Source: Lama glama (lineage: Eukaryota). From it: DNA of 64,000 nt. Under the pieces are notes generated by a model. The model ran no database searches, had not been told where the DNA came from, and saw only the letters and a list, made by a program, of their open reading frames with translations. Both the position numbers and the translations under genes were made by a program. The stretch's first letter is position 1, and each line of letters starts with the position of its first letter. The stretch covers positions 23,808,001 through 23,872,000 of the forward strand of contig CM052831.1 of assembly GCA_028534125.1 (NCBI GenBank), written 5' to 3'. Positions 22,331 through 33,619 of the stretch are shown here, piece by piece.

Positions 22331-25300
22331 TGTAACCAACACTCATTTAGCTGTGATGCCTGCCAATCAGCAAGCCAAGTTCTTTTTTCAGCTTTTTCTT
22401 ACGCAGCCCATGTGAAAGAAGTGATCCTTCAATGAAGGAAATGGGATTCAGAAACATTAGTGACTGCCAGCCTCACGGCCAAAGTCAGTATCTTGACTAG
22501 ACCGGAACTGTATTGCAGAAGAAATGCACTTGAATATTCCAGTTGAATTGCTGGTTTTTCCTAAAAATAAAACCCTCAAAATTGACTCAAAGGTAGAAAT
22601 CTTGACTAGATAAACAGAATATTCTCAAGAAGTGATCCTTCTCTGTCTCCTCACCCCAAACTCCAGGGCTAAGTGGTTTTTCTCGCAAATTCTTTTAAGT
22701 TTTCCAGGAACAAATAATGTCCTGTGATATAAGTTGTCACTGAAAACAGCAAAAGGTGACAGGCAGCTTCCTTATTCTATGGCACCTGTATAAGCTGACC
22801 CACAGCCTGTTAAGAAAGCTTGGTAGAGAATACTGTACTTCATGGACAGTAAGGTGCTATAGATTGTAAGAAATATCCCTGTGCTTTAGTGCCAGAGGAG
22901 TGCTGTCCGTTATAATCAAAGGATGTCTTGGATTGTGTAAAATGCATCTTGCTTTCCAGTATGTTAGATGAAGTAGACATTCGTGTAAGAATTTATGATG
23001 TGTGGCATATACATCAACATCTCTTAGGAAAGTAGATGGGAAAATTTTAAATCAACTATGAACAAATAGTAGTTAAAAGATTAGATCTGTGTTACCATAT
23101 GGGGTGAGTAGCATGATGTGTGTTTCATAGCACACCAGGCTATTAAGAAAATTATAAGATTCTCTCATTGGGTGCCAGGGAAACACTTGGCAGTGTTAGG
23201 TGTCTAAGGCTGATTAAGAAGGTTTTTTTGTTCTTATTTTTAAGTGTGAATGAAGGCTGTTTCCTAAACATGATAAAGTTTTCAGTGTCTGAGCAAATAG
23301 CCTCCTTCTCTAATGGCAAAAGGACACAATCACCAGAACAAAGGCAGGGTATAATTTTTAGGAAGGAAGAAAAGGAATTGTTGCAAATGATTAGTTGCTT
23401 GCCTAGGAAAAACAAAGATCAATGGAAAACTGAGATTGTGTTTAAGAATTCCCTGTGGTGATGGGACAGGCAACCGTGCAGTTAGAAACTTCCCTTTTCC
23501 CTGGGAGTCTTGATAACTAGTAAGGAAATAGAGTAGGAAGGAGAGATGATGCAGTGTGACTAGTCATTCAGCTAACGCCCTGGCCTCCAAGCACAAGGGT
23601 CCTGCTGAGAAACTCTTCCCCACCCTGGGGCTTGTGGAGTCACCCACAGGGTGGGCTGTAAGTGGGGGGCTGGGTTGGTTGGTTTGTTATCTTTGTTGGG
23701 GGTTTCTTGTCCAGGTCGGGGTGTGGATTGACGCTGGTAGCCGTTATGAGACTGAGAAGAACAACGGGGCAGGCTACTTTGTGGAGCATCTGGCTTTCAA
23801 GGTGAGGCTCCTAAAGGCCTGAATCTCCCCCGGGGTTAGGGCTTCCTGCTGTCCCTCCTGAAGATGCATGTCAGAAAAGTCAGCCTTCTCAATTATGGGC
23901 TTCATTGGGGTTGGGGGTGGGGTGATCTTTGACTGGCTTTTCTGGAAGGAGCCACATGGGTTTGGCCTCTCCTGAGTGAAGCCTAGTTGGTGAGTCCCTG
24001 CACAAGGCACCCAGAGCCAAAAAAAAAAAAATAAAACCCTGGGGAACCATAGGAGCCCTACCCTTCACCAGAGGCCAGGCCCATGTTGTGTGTGTGCGTG
24101 CATGCATGTAGAATTGCGGATATACACGTGCTTTATAACAAACACACAGACTTAGTTTGTGTGAAATGCTCTTCATCTTTTGTTTTTAGATGTAAATACT
24201 GAGGTTTCTTGAGGAAGGGAACAGCCGCTAAGCCAGCTTATGTGGGCATGGAGTAGAGACTGAGTTTCTAAATGAATGAATAAATGGAGAAGATGATACA
24301 GAATGGCTGGAGTTGTGGAACAGGAATGGGCATTGCCAGCTCCAGCATCACAGATGTGTGTCGGTCTCAGCATATGAGTGTGTGTCATTGGACAGCACCA
24401 CTGCCACATATGCACACATACAGGACTAGGGTTGAGTCCCACAGAGGCAGCTAGCACTCACATAGTCATATGAATGGCGGGAGGGAGAGTGGTAGTGGGA
24501 GCATCACCTGAACGAAGTGTGAACTTACCTGACCGTGACTGTCGGTAAGAGGAGAGGGAGTGCTGGTAAGATCAGGCTGTTATGGGAGCTCTAGATTTCA
24601 GGTAACACTTGGTTTGGCCATGCGCTTCTTTCCTGGCTTCCGGATGTCTCCACTCTGTTGACCCAGAATGCTGGGGCCTCGACCAGCTCAAGTCCTGTTT
24701 AGCACTTGGTGGGATGGAGAAGGAGGGAGAAGGATGGGAGTCCTGGGCTCTCACATGGCTCCTGATGAGTGCTGTTGATGTCTGGTTCTAGGGAACAAAG
24801 AATCGGCCTGGAAATGCCTTGGAGAAGGAGGTGGAGAGCATGGGGGCCCATCTTAATGCGTACAGCACCCGGGAGCACACAGCTTACTACATTAAGGCAC
24901 TGTCCAAGGACCTGCCAAAAGGTACGCCTGCAGGGTGGGGCAGGGGTGGGATAGGTCTCCATGGGTGCAGAGGACAGGCACTCTGGAGCCCCGGGGCTGG
25001 CTGAGGGACGGGGTTACCCTTAGAGTATGGACTTGCAGCACAGCAACCAGTGGTGTTCAGGCCTGAGGGTTTTGTGCTGTTACTGGTCTCCAGTGGCCCG
25101 CCTGGTGCTCAGACATGTCTTTCTTTCACGTCCAGCTGTGGAGCTCCTGGCCGACATTGTGCAGAACTGCAGCCTGGAAGACTCCCAGGTTGAGAAGGAG
25201 CGTGACGTGATCCTGCAGGAGCTGCAGGAGAATGATGCGTCTATGCGGGATGTGGTCTTTGACTACCTGCATGCCACGGCGTTCCAGGGCACACCTCTGG

Positions 25301-28300
25301 CCCAGACCGTGGAGGGACCCAGTGAGAATGTCAGGTGAGAGTGAGCTGGGCCTGGGGTAGAGTTCGTGCCCTCATTCTGGCCTGGCCAGGCCATGTCCAC
25401 ATGAGTTTGTTGTTGTTCTGCCAGCCTGAGGGAGGGTGTGTCTGGGTATCTTATCCACATGGCTTCTTGTCCTCTGATGGGATAAGCCCTCACCATGTCA
25501 GCTTACACCCTCCTGAGAGGAGACTGTCCTGTGGTCAGATGTGAGGGAGGCCAGATGAGGGCTGTCCTCTGGGCCCCAGAGTGGCAGGTGGCAGGAATGG
25601 GGGAGGGATTGAGTGGTGTGCTAGGGCTTGCTCTCCAGGGAAGCCATCTCTCTCCTTGTCTATCTCCTCAGCCCCATTTTATATGACCCACGTCACTCTG
25701 GTTTGGGAGCTGTGGTAACCCATTGGCTGTATGTCTTGCAGGAAGCTCTCTCGGGCAGACCTGACTGAGTACCTGGACCGGCATTACAAGGCCCCTCGAA
25801 TGGTGCTAGCGGCAGCTGGAGGTGAGCAATGGGTTCATGGAAGCCCTGTGGTAATGGGTGGGTAGGCTCCAGCCTTGTCTTCTGGTTCTGACCATAGGGG
25901 ATCTTCCACTCTGGGGGCCCTGTTCCCACTCTGAACTTGAGGGGAGTGACCTCTTTTGTGCTCTCTGAGGTGGGTTACGATTCTGCTCTGCCACCACCCC
26001 TGGGACTGACCACACCGGGATGCTGCTCCTCTCTTGAGTACAGGCCTCAGGCCTTTCTCAGTCCCACCCAATCCTAGGAGACCCAGTTTGCAGGCTGGTG
26101 GGAAATTCAAGCCCCCAGGCTTGTTCTTCTTTGCCTTGCCAATGGGAAACCGGACACTGGGTGACTGATGGGAAGGACCTTGAAAGGAAGACACAGAGTG
26201 GTAGGGGGATTTTAATGGGGGACTCAGAGTTGGAGGTTAAGGAGGTGCTTTTGAAGCATGTGTCATTTGAACAGAGGCCTAAAGCACAATGGGGTTTAGT
26301 CAGGGTTGGGGGTGCCCTGAGCACAGGGGAAGAGCAGTGTCATGGCCTATGGGTGTTTTGAGGCTTGCTCTCCTGCCAGAGTGGAAACAGGCAGACCCTG
26401 GGAAGGGTTGGGCAGGCACCTGGTGGAAGATGGCAGGAGCAGGGGAGGGAAGCAGATGAACTCAGGATGGTTTTGCAGATGGAAACTTCACGGAGGTCTG
26501 GGCGTGGCGGGCAAGAGACGGGAGCAGGGTCGATACCTCCCCAGCTTAGGTCACGGCAGCTTGCTGGATGAAAAAGAGTGATAGGAAGAGCATGATTGGT
26601 GGCTCTGGGGCCAGTGGACCTGGAGACCAAGAGCGTTTGGAGCTCCTGACATGTCAGACTTTGTGAAGTCCAGCAGAATCTGAGGTCAGGAAGGAAAGAA
26701 CAAGAGGCAGAGGCACCTGGCCTGCGGTCCCTGGGGAAGGCTGCTGACTGCTGCAGCGCCTGCCGTCCAAGTGCTGGGGCAGCAGAGGCTACCTCCTGCA
26801 GAGGTGAGGTCAGGCAGGGGTCCTGAAACACGGGTTCATAAGGCTACTGGGAAGTGTCCCCGACTCTAGGGGACCCCAGAGCTAGTCGTGGCCCTGCGGA
26901 GCACCTCTTTGTGCCCTCTTACCTGCCACCCTCCACGGGGGCAGCAGCCAGGATGTGCTTGAGGAAGGGCTAGAGGGACAAGGCAGGGCAGGTCCCTTAC
27001 GCTCAGGGAGCACCAGTCTTGTCTGTGATGCTGGTGAGAATGCATCACCTGGGAACCTGTTTTTAAGCTGTGCACGCTGCTGCTGCTTCCCTGTGACTGA
27101 AGTCATGGCGGCTGTTTGACCGTGAGGTGCCTGCCCTGTCATGAGACACCGTGTGTCTGTGGAGGGTCCTCTTTCCTCACCTTATCCTGATGTCACATCT
27201 TTCTTTGCTGTCTGCTGCTGAGACAGGACACAAGGTCCTCCCCTTGTGCGATTCCCGTGGTTCCCCCGACCCTGTGCCGTGGGCCCTGGCTGGCCGGTAA
27301 CACTGCTGTCTGTCTGCAGGGGTGGAGCACCGGCAGCTGCTGGACCTTGCCCAGAAGCACTTGGGCAGCCTGTCTGGGACATACACAGAGGACGCCGTGC
27401 CTACCCTCTCTCCATGCCGCTTCACTGGCAGTGAGGTGAGCTGCCTGACGGGTGGGGGTGGTACTCTCAGCCTGGGCCTCAGGGCGGGGGAACTCTCGCA
27501 TGCATAGCCATCTCCACGACCTCGGAGATGCCTCGGGAGTTGGGAAGGAGTCCTGTGGCCACTGCCTCATGGGCACATATGTTCACACTTGCATGTACAC
27601 TCTCCACCCACACTTGGCACCTTTGCTGGTTACCTGGGAAGTTTGGCTGTCCCTCAGCCTTTCCATGTCCTGTTTCAGATCCGCCACCGTGATGATGCCC
27701 TGCCTTTGGCCCATGTGGCCGTTGCAGTGGAGGGGCCTGGCTGGACCAACCCGGACAACGTGGCCCTCCAGGTGGCCAATGCCATCATCGGCCATTACGA
27801 CTGCACTTACGGCGGCAGTACAGTGAGTGCCACGAGTGGGCATGGGACGGGCCTTGCCTTCAGGGAAGAGAGTAAGCTGGGCTGTGGGCACTTGTACTGT
27901 GGGGCTCAGGGTGTGGGCCACAGAGTGGAGGTGGGTGCTGACCACCTTTGCTCCTGGCAGCACCTGTCCAGCCCACTGGCTGCAGTTGTCGCGACCAATA
28001 AGCTATGCCAGAGTTTCCAGACTTTCAACATTTGCTACGCAGAGACTGGGCTGCTGGGCGCACACTTTGTCTGTGACCACATGAGCATCGATGACATGGT
28101 ATTCTTCCTGCAGGGCCAGTGGTGAGTGGTAGCCTGGCATTGCAGGTTGGGGATAGGGGCCTTTGAGCAGGACAGTGGAGGCTCGGAGGCAGCACTGCCT
28201 CAGAACGATCCCACCCTACCCCTGCTGTAGGATGCGCCTGTGCACCAGTGCCACAGAGAGTGAGGTGGTCCGAGGCAAAAACATCCTCAGAAATGCCCTG

Positions 28301-29650
28301 GTATCTCATTTGGATGGTGAGTCCTCCAGCCCTGTGGCAAGGGGTGGAGTGCATCCTGGCAGTGACAGTCCCAATGTGGCCACCATTCCTAACCAATACT
28401 GGAAGGGAAAACTTTAAAGGTCATGCCATATCCCACCACTTACCCTCCCTCAGGGGCTTAGGGCTTCAGGTGCAGGTGTGGGTGGCCAGATCAACAGCCC
28501 ACTGGTACAATGACCGGTTGTTGTACAAGTGAGCGTTGTGATCTAGGATCAGACCAAGGTCCAGGCTATCCTGAAACTGAAGGTTCTTTGTGTACCTGTG
28601 GTCCAGGACTGGACCGTGTGGACCCATAAGCTTCCCTGCCCCGCCCCGCAGGTACCACTCCCGTGTGTGAGGACATTGGACGGAGTCTTCTGACGTACGG
28701 CCGTCGCATCCCCCTGGCTGAGTGGGAAAGCCGGATTGCGGTAACGCAGGCCCCTGGGAGAGGTTCTGGAGTCTCAATCTGGCAGACTCCCAGAGGACGG
28801 GAAGTTGTGGCAGTGCAGACTGCTGCTAAGGCACTCCTGGCGTCCTAGGCAGTGTTGCTGCCAGGGTGACGTAATTGGAGGGCAGGGCAGAGGCACTGAT
28901 GGCTATGGAGGTGGGTGAGGCCCATGGAGGTCTACATAGTAGGGAGAGCCCTTCTGCTTTCCCCTTTTGGGTGAGGGGTACTTGTGTAAGACCTCAGCTG
29001 GCTGGGTACTGTTGACTGGCTGAAGTGGTCTCCAGTGCCTATCACTGAGTGTGACCTCTGCTTCATCCTGCAGGAGGTGAATGCCAGTGTGGTGCGTGAG
29101 GTCTGCTCTAAGTACTTCTATGATCAGTGTCCAGCAGTGGCTGGATTGGGTGAGTAGCTTAGAAGGTCTGCTCTTTGTTCTTATTCCATTGTCGTGGCCT
29201 CCCCTCTGCCTCTGCTGCCCATCCCCCAGCTTACCCTGGGAGCAGCAGGTTGAGGCCCCCAGGAGGCTCTGCCCGATAGCTTGGCTGCCTGGGAGTACTT
29301 GCTCCGAAAACCTGTCCCAGCAGCTCCCTGACTCCCTGCCAAGGTGCCTCCATCAATACCCTACACCCGCCAGGTAACGGACACCCCTGCGTGTGGGGTG
29401 GGGCTCCAAAGGTCAGAGCATGAAGGGACAGGCTCAGCAACCCCTGAAGGAATGTTCTCTTCCTTCTCTCCACTCAAAGCCTGTCTTGTGCTGCTCTGGG
29501 CAGCTCTGAATGGGGTGCGGCGCAGGGCCAGGTGTCCCTGTATAAGCCGGGTACCCCACCCTGACGCCCCACCCTATCCCCACAGGCCCCATTGAGCAGC
29601 TTCCAGACTATAACCGGATCCGTAGCGGCATGTTCTGGCTGCGCTTCTAG
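21712..29650 (+). CDS. UQCRC1: Cytochrome b-c1 complex core protein 1 (peptidase M16 fold), 13 exons, 480 aa
   Basis: Exons: 21712-21780, 22007-22147, 23715-23801, 24792-24921, 25136-25334, 25742-25821, 27320-27435, 27679-27822, 27961-28121, 28231-28316, 28652-28740, 29074-29149, 29586-29650. Total 1443 nt. Mitochondrial presequence [10 protein letters not shown], mature start TATYAQALQ, degenerate zinc motif YFVEH, C-terminus [11 protein letters not shown]. Confidence 0.98.
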
Positions 29651-29757
29651 GCAGGAGGCCTGTGCAGGCAAGAGGGCGGGGCCAGGGTTCGCGGTTCCCC
29701 CTCCCCACAACAAACATACCACCTCGGCTCTCCAGACCTGTGCTGCGGATTACCACC

Positions 29758-29763
29758 AATAAA
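29758..29763 (+). terminator. Poly(A) signal of UQCRC1
   Basis: AATAAA ~110 nt after the stop codon. Confidence 0.88.
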
Positions 29764-31823
29764 GTCCTGTGTTGAGAACTGCGTTATCCCTCTCTTGGCG
29801 TTGGCATAGAGTCCACTGGACACTGGATGGGGGAGCAGGGACTTCTCCCCGTTCTGTGTCTCCTGGATCCTTCCTCTTTCCCACAGGCTGATGTGTCCTC
29901 AGCCAGGGGCAAGAGTGGGGGCTGCTGCATGGAGGCCGGAAGCCTTTGATGCCTGCAGGCAGCTGAGGCCAGCTGTTTCCACTTAGCCACATGGCGGATG
30001 CTCCTAGCCAGTCTGTCCCAAGAGTGGGGTGTGGGAGTCCATGAGAACTGCATGGGACCTTTGCCCTGGTATAGGTCCCAGCCTGGGAACTCAGGGGGTT
30101 CAGGTAGGAAGCCCCCTTGCTGTGGGTCCTGTGCAGTCACCCTCTGGTGGTTTCTGGTCCCCCAGATGGACCAAGAGAGGCCAAGGACTGTCCCTGAGGA
30201 AGACTCCTTCATATATTTACTCTGGATTCTGGGAGGATAGCCTGGGGCATAGTGTTCCCATTTGGTTTTTAACTGCTGCCTAGACAGGCAAGGCAAGAAT
30301 CCTTTGCCTCGATTTGCCGCTGACTCAGGCTCCAAGAATATCTCTGAGCTCAGTGGGGCCTGAGCCCCCTCCCTTGACTAAGTCTGTCCCAGACAAGTCC
30401 TGAGCTGCTGGCCCATCTCCCTGAGGCAGCCAGGACCTGGTGGAGCTCTCAGCTGTCTAGTGCCCCTGCCACCTTTGGGTTCTGGTCCCCAAGGCAGATG
30501 GGCAGGTAGGCCCCTCTTCCTGCACCCCTCAACCCTTCCACAGTCCCTGGGAACCCCGGGGGGATTGGAAGTCTGGGGCCCGATTCACCTAACATGGAGG
30601 TGCTGCTGACGGTCATGAACAGGGTTCTGGGATAAGGTTTGTTGGGAAGAGGGCTACCCAGAAGTCCGTTAGCATCCCAGCCTTGCAGTAGCCAAAACAA
30701 CCTTTGATTCACTCCCACCCCACTCCAGTGCTTTTCCTTCACCCGTTTGTTGCCGCAGGTTGTCAATTAGGAAATAACCGTCGAGTGCTTTCTAGAACCC
30801 AGGGCTCTGGGACTCAGGTCATCTGCCTACTTTATGACCAGCTGGAGAGAAGCTGCTGGACAGTGCAGAACCCTGACTGGCCCACCCCTGGGTGCTTGTA
30901 GAGATAGTACATGCAGGCTGAGGGAACAGCAAAGTGCCAAGTCTGTTGTCCCAAGTTCAAGTTTGAGCTGGAGGACAGGGCTTGATTTTTCTGTTAAGCC
31001 CAGGACTGACCCTTAAAGGCTACAGGTGTGCTGGATACAGAGCACTTGACCTCTTGGGGGTGATCTGGTCCTAATAGACCTTGCATACCTAGACCAAGAA
31101 TTTGATCTTTACTCTGGAAGCATGTTGGGGTGGGTGCACTAGAGATAACTGGGAAGAGAAGTGATTTGGTAATCTGAGATTTAGCATGGGAACTCGGTGT
31201 GTATTTCTGTGATGTCCCAGTGAATTGTGCTGTAGCAGGGCAGTTGTCAAGGCTGTAGGAAGAGCTGGAGTAGGCTTCGAGGGACCCGAGCAAGACCACA
31301 TCCCCAGCAGGACTAGGGTACCATGGGGCAGGGTGGGTAGGTTGGAGGATGAAGACTTGCCCAGCTTTGGCCACAGTTCTGAGAAATTTGGAGATGTCTG
31401 GGACAGTGGGATGTGTGGGTCTGGAATCCCCAAAAGAGACCCCAGTTGGTGACACATGGTGCTATCTGGCAGAGGGAGTGACTGAAGCCAGAAAAATGTG
31501 CAGGGGAGTGTGGGAGGGAGAAAGACTAAGCTCAGGGCCCCACTGCCCTAATGGAGGGGGCTGAGTCCTAGGCTGTGTGCCTGCCAGGAGGCTGTAACTG
31601 GGAGCCTCAGAGGACCACGGCCCTGCTTGTGAGCCTCCCGGGAGCTCCAGACATGCAGTCAACCCTGCTTCTACCTCCAGTAGCCTCTCCTAGTACTCTT
31701 CGAGTGACCCCCCCGCCAAGGCAGGCAGCCCTTCCTTTCTTTCTGGGGCCCCTCGTGGCTCTGATGAAGTTTGCCTGAACACCTCAGCTGGCCTCCAGTC
31801 TCCCCTAAAGACTGAACCCGAAC

Positions 31824-31847
31824 GTGTGTGTGTGTGTGTGTGTGTGT
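31824..31847. repeat. (GT)12 microsatellite
   Basis: Direct reading of the sequence. Confidence 0.95.
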
Positions 31848-33289
31848 CCACGCTGCATATGCTAGCTCTCAGGCTGCCTCTGTTAAGAGGGCTTGTCTGG
31901 TCTCTGCAGCCCTCACCTGTAGGACACCTTCAAGGGGTGAGGGATTCCTGGGACATGCCTGAGGAGCCCTTGACCTTGGACAAAGATTCTGGGCCCTATG
32001 GATCACAGTGCTGTATCCCATGATAACCTGGGGCTGTTCCTGTGGCTCCAGCCTTCTGGATAATGACAAGGAAGCATGGATGGTCATCACTGACCCCAAC
32101 TCTGGCCATAAGTCAGAGATCTCAGTCCCTGGAGGAGTCTAGGGGAGACAAGTTTAACAGATACCATCCCCATTTCTCCCTCATTAGCCTGTGGGGCCCC
32201 AGGGGAGGCAGAGGGGTTAGGCATGTTGGAAGGGGCCTGGTGGCAGTGGTGAAGGTAGATGTATTTATTCTCCGGGCTTCCCAGAGTTAATCCAGGAGTG
32301 GCAGAAAGAAAGAATGGGCGCCATGCTCTTGGGAGTGTCTCTGTGCTTTAGTATCAACCCCTATAATGAACGCATATGTCTATACAAAGACTGACCTACT
32401 CAGGATAGTGTCACTGGCCTGGGGATTTGTTGAGGGGACTGTCCGTAATCAGAAGCAAGCTGAGGGAGACAGGTGTGAAGTCAGGCTGGTTAAAGGTTAT
32501 GAAGGTGGAAGCTCAGGTGGACTGTGAGGGCAGCTAGGAGGGAAGGGAAGGGCTCAGGATGAAGATGATAGGTGGAAGGGAGTCTTTAAGAAGAGTAGGT
32601 TGAAGGAGGAGACTGGAGGACCAGAATGAGGATGTGTAGGTAGGGGGGCCTGTCTGGAGCAGGACAGGCTCACCCATGGGGGTGCAGACAGGAAGGGGTG
32701 GATTCCTGAGAGATGAGCTGTCACTGTGGGTGGTCTACTCTCCACACGTGGATAACCCCTCCCTGCAAGCACAGCTGGATGGCATCCGCCTGGAGCTGAT
32801 TCAGGGCAGAGTAGGGGGTGCCGGACACTGAGATGGACAAGTATGCATAAGCATGACACAGATTCTCTCCTCCTGGCTTCCTCTTCCAGAGTGGGAATGG
32901 GCATTACTTGGATGCAGCCCAGTGGTGCCTTGCTCTCCCTGGATGAGCCCAGAGCCCCTCATTTGCTGGGGACTGTTAGGCCCATTGAGGGGACTGGGAT
33001 GAGACACAGGAGAACCAACAGACAGGGATGGCTGAATCACAGGAGAGGCCCGGCGGGACTTATGGCCTGAGGGCTTGTCTGGGCACAGAGTGGTGGGGGG
33101 TGTTGGGGGGGGGAGGTGAGTCATCTCCAGCTGCAGCTTCCCCCCACCGACATCGTGCTACATCTTTGATCCCCTGGAACCTATCCAAAGTCTAGTCCCC
33201 AGCAGTCACTCCTAGTCTATGACCTACAGCAACTAAGTTCTCTGACCCTAGAAGGGGTTGGAAAGGGCTCTCTCATCATCTATCTGTAG

Positions 33290-33619
33290 AGAACCTTCCT
33301 GGGGAATCCCAGAAACCGCAGGAGTTGGGGATACTTTACACTTAAGTGGAATCAAATCATCTGTCCCTGGGAGGGGTGGCAGGGGCGGCAACCTTTGGGA
33401 CGGGGTGAGGGGTGGGGGTGGGCCGCCTGGGTCCCCGCCCGCTGCTCCGCCCCCAAGGGATCAGGGACTTTTCTCTGCTGTGGCGGCGGGACTACGGCAG
33501 CGGGAGCCAGCGGATCAGCAGGCAAGACCGAGACTGGGGGGTTGGGAGAGCACTGGGCTTGACCCCACCAAGTCTGAGGGAGAGGCGGGAGTCCTGGCTG
33601 ACTGTTTCCCTCACCTAGG
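33290..33619 (+). promoter_or_regulatory. TATA-less COL7A1 proximal promoter / 5'UTR
   Basis: NF-kB-like GGGGAATCCC at 33301-33310, then GC and GT boxes (GGGGCGG, GGGTGGGG, CCCCGCCC, CCGCCCC) at ~33370-33455, upstream of the ATG at 33620. Confidence 0.7.

Noticed and set aside
23780-23795. YFVEH in place of the M16 HXXEH zinc motif, suggesting inactivation
   Set aside because: This is the normal state of mammalian core protein 1, not a lesion.
24600-24920. Possible SNORA94-like RNA recalled from human UQCRC1
   Set aside because: I could not identify a convincing H/ACA hairpin-hinge-hairpin-tail structure by eye; an Infernal/Rfam search would be needed.
29784-33124. Several 100-180 aa ORFs between UQCRC1 and COL7A1
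   Set aside because: No splice-consistent exon chain, recognisable domain or promoter; consistent with intergenic noise.
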